Assembly (NCBI GenBank): GCA_004524445.1
Contig: SDNP01000031.1
Span: forward strand, 1 to 33,619
Direction: 5' to 3'
Source: Candidatus Thorarchaeota archaeon
Lineage (GTDB): Archaea; Asgardarchaeota; Thorarchaeia; Thorarchaeales; Thorarchaeaceae
Length of the DNA: 33,619 bases
Every line of letters begins with the position of its first letter. Position 1 is the stretch's first letter. Under the pieces are notes generated by a model. It saw only the letters and a program-made list of their open reading frames with translations. It did no database searches and was not told where the DNA came from. Made by a program: the position numbers and the translations under genes. Shown here in pieces: positions 27,568 to 33,619 of the stretch.

Positions 27568-28146
27568 ATGACTCCAAAGAGAACCAAAGCTAAGAAATCA
27601 GAAATGGAATATACCAAAAAGAAGATTTTGTCGGATTTGAAAAAACGGGATTTGGAGCAGTGGCAAGAAGCTTCGAAATCTTTCAGACCACTTAGTTACA
27701 AGAGAGAAACCCGAAAAAGCTGGTTTGAGCAGAACAAATCAAAATTGGATACAGCTAGAGAAATCGTGGATTTTGTCTACGGTTGGAATGAAAAGCTCAA
27801 AAAGGATGAAAAACTGAATTCGTTATCAAAAACGGTAATCAGAAATGTCATGGTTGATGTAGTCCGAAGCATGCAGGAGGATGTGGGAATTGAACATTAC
27901 AGGCTGAATACCGTTAAGGCTGCAACCTTTAAGACACTCGTCAATTTCGCTGACAATCCGTCAACCCTTGAAGAAGGCCCATATGAGGGAAAGAAGAAGC
28001 TTCCCAAAGACAAAGGGTATGCGGCCTTCGGGTATGCTGGGCGCGGTGACGCTGGCAGGGGAAGGGTGGAACACAGAAGTTTCAGATATATTGAGTTCAC
28101 TCAATCTGTCAGAAATAGTTTATCTGGAAGCATTACTTTGGTATGA
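27568..28146 (+). CDS. Basic hypothetical protein, probably 3'-truncated or chimeric
   Basis: Lys-rich ORF in A-rich DNA; its last codons overlap out of frame with a dpdA-like remnant. Confidence 0.45.
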   Translation: MTPKRTKAKKSEMEYTKKKILSDLKKRDLEQWQEASKSFRPLSYKRETRKSWFEQNKSKLDTAREIVDFVYGWNEKLKKDEKLNSLSKTVIRNVMVDVVRSMQEDVGIEHYRLNTVKAATFKTLVNFADNPSTLEEGPYEGKKKLPKDKGYAAFGYAGRGDAGRGRVEHRSFRYIEFTQSVRNSLSGSITLV

Positions 28147-28396
28147 CTCACTGCTAGGGGATGAAAGGGACCATTGGGAACAATATGCAAAAACATTGAG
28201 AGACAAACCTTGGAAAGAATGCAGCTGTGAGATTTGTACTAATGTGGGGGTTGAAGTCATAATCTTTAGAGGGAACAATAGAAACCGATGTCGTGGATTT
28301 CACAATACAAAGATATTCTATGAAGAACTACAGGAAATCATTAGAAAAGGTACCCTAGAGAGGGGACAGACTTTCCTAGGTTATTTTGGGCAATGA
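28124..28396 (+). pseudogene. dpdA: C-terminal remnant of DpdA (tRNA-guanine-transglycosylase-like DNA 7-deazaguanine insertion enzyme)
   Basis: Y..TL.DKPWKECSCEIC..VGVEVIIFRGNNRNRCRGFHN matches the DpdA C-terminal Zn site and FRGxNRNxRRGFHN signature. The catalytic barrel is absent (in-frame stop at 27905). Confidence 0.75.
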
Positions 28397-28500
28397 TATC
28401 TTCCAAGGTTAGTCGTTTTCTGTTCTCGAATTCCACGAAATTTACGTGAAATAGATATTGATTTATGTTGCGAATTCTCTGAATTTAATGGAAGAAGGAA

Positions 28501-29172
28501 GTGAGTGATTTGGCCTGGGAAGTTAGAGATGACCAAGTTCCATTCAAGAACCAGTATGTTTCGATTGCAATAATCCTCCTAAATGTGGCCATGTTCCTGC
28601 TGCAAATAACCGATCCTTCTGGGCGGATGTTGATTGAGCTCGCATTTGTTCCAGAATCATTCTTCAGGAGTGAAGAGCTCTGGACCATCTTCACATCCAT
28701 GTTTATGCACGCAGATATAACACATATTTTCTTCAATATGCTTTTCTTTTACGTGGTTGCAGATGATACTGAGAATGCATTGGGGCACGGATTTTTTGCT
28801 TTCACGTACTTCGCATCAGGCATATTTGCAACATTATTACATGCTGGCTTCACCCTTGTTGCCCCCGTTGCGCTTGATATACCACTAGTTGGCGCATCTG
28901 GTGCAATTGCTGGTTTGATAGCTGTATATGGCTTGCTATTTCCCCAGAGACGTCTGAATGTTCTCTTAGGATTCTATTTTGTGAGAATGAGCGCAAAGAA
29001 ATACGTAATCGTCTTCGCCCTTATGCAGCTCGTGTTTGGATTTCTGCTCTGGGGATCTTCTGCTACAGCTTATTTCGCGCATCTAGGCGGGCTTATCGCG
29101 GGAGGAATCTGTGGACTGGCCTATAGATCCATGAATAAACATCATGAACAAGGGTACTACTCCACCTGGTAA
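28501..29172 (+). CDS. Rhomboid-family intramembrane serine protease
   Basis: WTIFTSMFMHADITHIFFNM, catalytic GASG and AHLGG. Confidence 0.95.
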   Translation: MSDLAWEVRDDQVPFKNQYVSIAIILLNVAMFLLQITDPSGRMLIELAFVPESFFRSEELWTIFTSMFMHADITHIFFNMLFFYVVADDTENALGHGFFAFTYFASGIFATLLHAGFTLVAPVALDIPLVGASGAIAGLIAVYGLLFPQRRLNVLLGFYFVRMSAKKYVIVFALMQLVFGFLLWGSSATAYFAHLGGLIAGGICGLAYRSMNKHHEQGYYSTW

Positions 29173-29243
29173 GGATTGGATCTGTTTTTACGCTGTTAAT
29201 CCCGCTTATATCCGTCTGATAAAATTGCATGAGAGGGATTGCT

Positions 29244-30179
29244 ATGGCTATCAAAGACAGGACGTTTGATTGGGACCGAGATTTTGAATTGGTGCGCCAA
29301 TTCTTAATAGAGACTCATAAAATCCAACCTCTCTTGAATTGGATTCCAACCAGATTTGAAAATAGGAAATTTGGTCCCTGTGGTCCTGTGTATGAAGATG
29401 ATGAGAATAGGTTCGTACGCATCTGGGAAGATACACGAAAATCCAAATCCGCACTAACACCTATCGTAGGTGTAGGAATATTTTCTCCTCCCAGCGAAGG
29501 CTATGTCAACATACATCCACAATATCGGAATATTGAACGGGATATTATTTCATGGCTAGAAGCTCAAGCAATACAAAGTGGAAATGGAACCTCAAATGCT
29601 GGGGAACTGGGCTTCTTTGTTCGAGAGGATAACGGGCATTTGATTACTCTCCTTGAAGGCCTAGGCTATCAAAACAAAGGTCTCTACTCGCACGACAGAG
29701 TCAGACCGTTGGATTATCCCATACCGGAATTCGAAGTCCCTGATGGTATGGAAATTCGTTCTGTTGACATTGTGGATGAGCTAGACAAGTATCGCGCCGC
29801 CCAAGGTTCTGTCTTCAAACATTGCCTATCCATGACCATCGATAATGCTCGAATCTTCAAGAGCGCTTCATTCTATAATCCCAACTTAGATATAGCTGTA
29901 GTCACAGAGGATGGTGATTTTGCGGCGTTCTGCACAATCAGAGTAGACCCTGTTAGCGGGATAACAGAATTCGAGCCAGTCGGCACTCATCCCGATTATC
30001 GAAAAAGAGGATTAGCGAAAATACTCATTGCAGATGGGTTACGCAGAGCAGAAGACCAAGACATTTCATTCATGTGCGTACCCGGTGCCAATCCAACGGA
30101 AGCGGCCAGTAGGCTCTATGGCACAATGGGTTTTGAATTGACTGCGCGTGAATATCATTGGTCAAAGACCCTCGCCTAA
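29244..30179 (+). CDS. GNAT-family N-acetyltransferase (tandem-domain)
   Basis: FEPVGTHPDYRKRGLAK acetyl-CoA motif A and A.RLY..MGF. Start at ATG 29244 (GAGG upstream) or 29229. Confidence 0.9.
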   Translation: MAIKDRTFDWDRDFELVRQFLIETHKIQPLLNWIPTRFENRKFGPCGPVYEDDENRFVRIWEDTRKSKSALTPIVGVGIFSPPSEGYVNIHPQYRNIERDIISWLEAQAIQSGNGTSNAGELGFFVREDNGHLITLLEGLGYQNKGLYSHDRVRPLDYPIPEFEVPDGMEIRSVDIVDELDKYRAAQGSVFKHCLSMTIDNARIFKSASFYNPNLDIAVVTEDGDFAAFCTIRVDPVSGITEFEPVGTHPDYRKRGLAKILIADGLRRAEDQDISFMCVPGANPTEAASRLYGTMGFELTAREYHWSKTLA

Positions 30180-30245
30180 AGACCTAACAAAGAATGTTGG
30201 GTGATTCTGGTCAAATAGCCACGTTCCTTCGCTAAGGCTTACTTA

Positions 30246-32051
30246 TCATGGAGGATGCCCATGTCTTTGAATAAACCGTGCGATAGCTTCAGGCCCAGTT
30301 CTACCAAATGCTTTGTCTAACGATTTCTTACTCAGGTAGAGAATTGATGGCCTTCCATGACAGCAATTGAATTTGTTCGGGGTCCTTAGCAATTCGGTAA
30401 GAAGATTGCTGATTTGTTGATTATTCAACCCTTGTCCGGCTCGAATGGCTGAATGGCACGCGGTGATTCTCATTACGCTGTCCATAAATCCCTGTCTAGC
30501 ACTATCTAAATCGATTTCTAATAGCCTATCAACGAAAGCAAGTATATCTTCTCTTGTAGCTCGCGAACCGAATACATCTGGTAACGTAGAAACCAGAATC
30601 TCATTGCCCCCAAAATTGCCAACGGAAAAACCTAGCTCGTGCAACTCATGTGAAATATCAAGAATCCGTTCCTTATCAGGCGGGCTCAGTTCCAGAACTA
30701 AGGGCTCCAACAACTCCTGGATTGGTATTCGATTCTCCTGTACCCTGCTCTTAAGCTGTTCATATAGAATCCGTTCATGAGCGGCATGCTGGTCAATCAG
30801 GAGGAGGTTATCGTCCAGTTCTACGAGGAGGTAAAGATTCTGAAATTGACCTAGGATTCGAAATGCACCTTGAATTTCATCCATGGTTTCCAGAATATCT
30901 GGTTCTAGCTTCTGTGAATCCAAAACAAGCTGTTCCGAGACTGTTTTTTGTTGGGCACTTATACCCATGCTTGTTGGAGAAACCCCTTGTTTCCCTGTTT
31001 CGGTTGCAGATTCCGAGGGGGCTCTTCTCCGCTCTAAGGTATTCTGTTTTCCTTCTTGATAAGATGCTTTCCCAATTGCTCTCTCGACTGCTTCACGCAT
31101 CATAGTTACAATTTTGTCGATATCTTGGACCCTCACTTCACGTTTTGTAGGGTGAACATTCGCATCAACCATCTTTGGGTCCAGTCCGATATCAATACAA
31201 CAAACGGGGAACCTTCCCTTCATAAGTAGAGTTGAATATGCCTGTTCAACTGCCAAGCTTAGTCTATCATCCGTGATGGGCCTCTTGCGAACTGAGAAAT
31301 ACTCTCTCCCTCTGTTTCCTCTTGAAATGGGCGGCTTGGCGACGAATCCCGATATCACGACTCCGTTTTCCTCATGCTGAAAATCAATAAGATGCTTGGC
31401 AATATCAGATCCCCAAAGGCAAAGAACCCGGTCTCTAGGAGTTTGGTTGGGAGGGCATTCAAATGCCAAATTTCCATCACGAATCAGTCTGAATCCAACA
31501 TCATTTCTTATGATTGCGTGACCGGCCACTGTTTCATATACTCGGTGACTCTCAACTCTTGGATTTGACAGGTGCTTTCTTCTTGCTGGTACATTCTCGA
31601 ATAGGTTAGTCACAGTGACAGTAGTGCCGGCAGGTCTGGCTGCGTCCGAAACAGATGGAATTCCTCCTGCCTTCGATTCGATTCTTGAGCCAACTTGTTC
31701 GTCAATATGACGAGACGTAATAACAACGTTAGCCATGGATGCAATGCTCGCTAGAGCCTCACCCCGGAATCCATAGGTGCGAACTGATTCAATATCCTCC
31801 TTTGTCCTTATCTTGCTTGTCGAGTGCCGAAGAGCACACAATGGCGCATCTTCCTTCAGAATTCCCTCTCCATTGTCTGAAACATTAATTCGTTCGATGC
31901 CTCCGGATTCTATCTCAATCGTAATAGATGTGGCATTTGCATCAAGCGAATTCTCGATCAATTCCTTTACAATCGAGGCCGGATTCTCCACAACTTCTCC
32001 AGCAGAAATCAGCGAAATGAGTGAGTTATCAAGAACCTCTATCTTGCCCAT
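30246..32051 (-). CDS. mutL: DNA mismatch repair endonuclease MutL
   Basis: AGEVVENPASIVKELIENSLDA, HSTSKI, GFRGEAL, DANVHPTKREV, endonuclease DQHAAHERILYE, ACH, CHGRP. Confidence 0.97.
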   Translation of the reverse strand: MGKIEVLDNSLISLISAGEVVENPASIVKELIENSLDANATSITIEIESGGIERINVSDNGEGILKEDAPLCALRHSTSKIRTKEDIESVRTYGFRGEALASIASMANVVITSRHIDEQVGSRIESKAGGIPSVSDAARPAGTTVTVTNLFENVPARRKHLSNPRVESHRVYETVAGHAIIRNDVGFRLIRDGNLAFECPPNQTPRDRVLCLWGSDIAKHLIDFQHEENGVVISGFVAKPPISRGNRGREYFSVRKRPITDDRLSLAVEQAYSTLLMKGRFPVCCIDIGLDPKMVDANVHPTKREVRVQDIDKIVTMMREAVERAIGKASYQEGKQNTLERRRAPSESATETGKQGVSPTSMGISAQQKTVSEQLVLDSQKLEPDILETMDEIQGAFRILGQFQNLYLLVELDDNLLLIDQHAAHERILYEQLKSRVQENRIPIQELLEPLVLELSPPDKERILDISHELHELGFSVGNFGGNEILVSTLPDVFGSRATREDILAFVDRLLEIDLDSARQGFMDSVMRITACHSAIRAGQGLNNQQISNLLTELLRTPNKFNCCHGRPSILYLSKKSLDKAFGRTGPEAIARFIQRHGHPP

Positions 32052-32063
32052 TCAGACACCTCT

Positions 32064-33619
32064 CTAGCCAGATGCGGAATACATTAGCTCTCCACCAACA
32101 AAGGTCATCTCAATCTCTACATCTTTTATCCTTGCAGGCGAAATCTTCATGATGTTGTGGCTAAGAACAACAAAGTCAGCTCTCTTACCCTCCTTGAGAC
32201 TGCCTACAGTCTTATCCATGAAAGATGCATATGCGCTCTCAAGGGTATAACACCGAAGTGCCTCTTCTACATCGAGTTTTACACGAGAGTTGGAACTGGT
32301 GGTAGCTGACCAAATTCCATACAAAGGTCCAAGCGGCATTCCATCAGAACCGAAGCAGAGCCTAGCACCATTATCCAGAACAATCCGGAAGTTGTTCATC
32401 AATTCCGTTCGTTCTTTCCCAAGTCTCTCAACATACAAACCATCATCTTGTTGCCATTGTCCTACAAAGTTGGGTTGCATTGAAAGAATCAACCCTAAGG
32501 ATGCGGCTCTACGTATTTGGTCCTCAGTTATCAGTTCTACATGCTCGAGTCTATGCCTTTGAAACCTCGCAATCTCCAATTCCTCTTCAGAGAGGGACTC
32601 AAACACATTCAAGACCATCTCAATAGCTCTATCTCCTATGGCGTGAGTTACTGTTTGTATGCCTGATTTTACTGCAGTTCGAATCCGATGTCTGAGCTTT
32701 CGTTTGGTCATCAGTAGCATTCCAGTATTTTCCTTCTGATTGCGATATGCCTCCGATATCGCTGCAGTTGCTGCTCCTATTGATCCATCAGTAAATATCT
32801 TAACACCACTAATTTTGCACATGGGTGTGCCCATCCCTGAAGTTATCCCGAGTTTTACAAGGTGGTTCAGCTGTTCACATGGAATATTGACGACCATTCT
32901 GATTGCTAGGTTGTTTTCTTTTTCAGCTTCCCTTATGGGGCGCAGCTGACCTTTAGCAATATTATCAACTGCAGTAGTAATTCCCGCTTTGGCAGCTATT
33001 TTCGTTCCGGCTGCTGCTCCCTCTCGAATTGTTTGTTCATCAGGCCGAAGTTTTTTTGTCATGCCTTCAATATCTCGGAAGACTCCAGTGGGCTTTCCCT
33101 TTTTGTCTTTGACGACTCCCTCAAGCTCTGGGTCAAAACCAAGTTTTTCAATCCCTATTGTGTTTACCGACAGAAGGTGACCATCAACACGTACAGCGGC
33201 GACTGGTTTGCTGCTACTAACCTTATCAAGGTCTTTTGCCGTCAGGTATCTTTTCTTAGGCCATTTGCTTTCATCCCAACCCCATCCTTGGACCCATTCC
33301 CCTTCTTCATATACCGGCTCCGCATCAGAAAGCTTGGCGACGGCATCCTCGATTGATTTTGCGTTTGTCAAGTCAACGTGAAATGATCTAATCCCTGAGC
33401 TAGTGAGATGTGTATGACCATCGACAAATCCCGGAACCACCGTCTTCCCACCTAAATCAACAACACGCTTTGCGGTCGGAATCAGATCCATTACCGTTTC
33501 GTCATCGCCTACAGCAATTATCTTGTAGTTCTTTGATGCAAGAGAAGTTGCTCGTGGTCTCTCAGGATCCATAGTCACAATATTTGCGTTGATAATGACC
33601 AAGTCCGCTTGTAGCTCCA
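32064..33619 (-). CDS. YtcJ-like metal-dependent amidohydrolase (Amidohydro_3); start codon appears to lie at the window edge
   Basis: DLGGKTVVPGFVDGHTH, GWGWDE, KIFTDGSIG, HAIGDRA, RLEH, FGSD, GKRADFVVL. The frame continues (n)TG-E-L-Q-A-D-L to the window end. Confidence 0.92.
   Translation of the reverse strand, partial: ELQADLVIINANIVTMDPERPRATSLASKNYKIIAVGDDETVMDLIPTAKRVVDLGGKTVVPGFVDGHTHLTSSGIRSFHVDLTNAKSIEDAVAKLSDAEPVYEEGEWVQGWGWDESKWPKKRYLTAKDLDKVSSSKPVAAVRVDGHLLSVNTIGIEKLGFDPELEGVVKDKKGKPTGVFRDIEGMTKKLRPDEQTIREGAAAGTKIAAKAGITTAVDNIAKGQLRPIREAEKENNLAIRMVVNIPCEQLNHLVKLGITSGMGTPMCKISGVKIFTDGSIGAATAAISEAYRNQKENTGMLLMTKRKLRHRIRTAVKSGIQTVTHAIGDRAIEMVLNVFESLSEEELEIARFQRHRLEHVELITEDQIRRAASLGLILSMQPNFVGQWQQDDGLYVERLGKERTELMNNFRIVLDNGARLCFGSDGMPLGPLYGIWSATTSSNSRVKLDVEEALRCYTLESAYASFMDKTVGSLKEGKRADFVVLSHNIMKISPARIKDVEIEMTFVGGELMYSASG

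Noticed and set aside
27968-28123. N-terminal part of the 142-aa ORF as a real protein start
   Set aside because: It overlaps the upstream ORF in another frame and shows no DpdA similarity before about 28124; better explained as a deletion junction.
28432-28452. Weak inverted repeat TTCCACG-aaattta-CGTGAAA before the rhomboid gene
   Set aside because: Only a short, imperfect match; expected by chance in AT-rich intergenic DNA.
1-33619. Sec (UGA) or Pyl (UAG) read-through, tRNA/rRNA, CRISPR arrays, IS elements
   Set aside because: No stop codon interrupts a recognisable domain, and I saw no cloverleaf, spaced direct repeats, transposase motifs or terminal inverted repeats by eye. tRNAscan-SE and Infernal would be needed to exclude small RNAs.

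Overview
Gene-dense archaeal chromosomal window with about 26 CDS. I found no tRNA, rRNA, CRISPR array or transposase. The archaeal-type CoaD, alpha2-type GlyRS, Nre-like gene, GGTGA/GAGG ribosome-binding motifs, MutL, SNAP-like TPR proteins and huge sequon-rich surface proteins suggest an Asgard archaeon, possibly Thorarchaeia; this is inference, not a database result. Housekeeping genes: glyS, class II HMG-CoA reductase, coaD, ferritin, mutL, an AlaX editing protein, M28 peptidase, rhomboid, GNAT, amidohydrolase and USP. The most notable items are: (i) a tail-to-tail pair of alpha/gamma-SNAP-like helical-repeat proteins, one fused to two cytoplasmic Ig-like domains; (ii) a 1963-aa Trp/Tyr-rich membrane-anchored surface protein with internal repeats, next to an unusually large SpoIIM-domain membrane protein; (iii) an apparent deletion scar of a dpdA (7-deazaguanine DNA modification) gene whose tail carries a PCNA-binding-like motif; (iv) tandem YdjG-like zinc-ribbon membrane proteins; (v) stripped-down Nre and RACo homologues; (vi) several bacterial-style hairpin+U terminators. 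All family calls come from motif recognition by eye.
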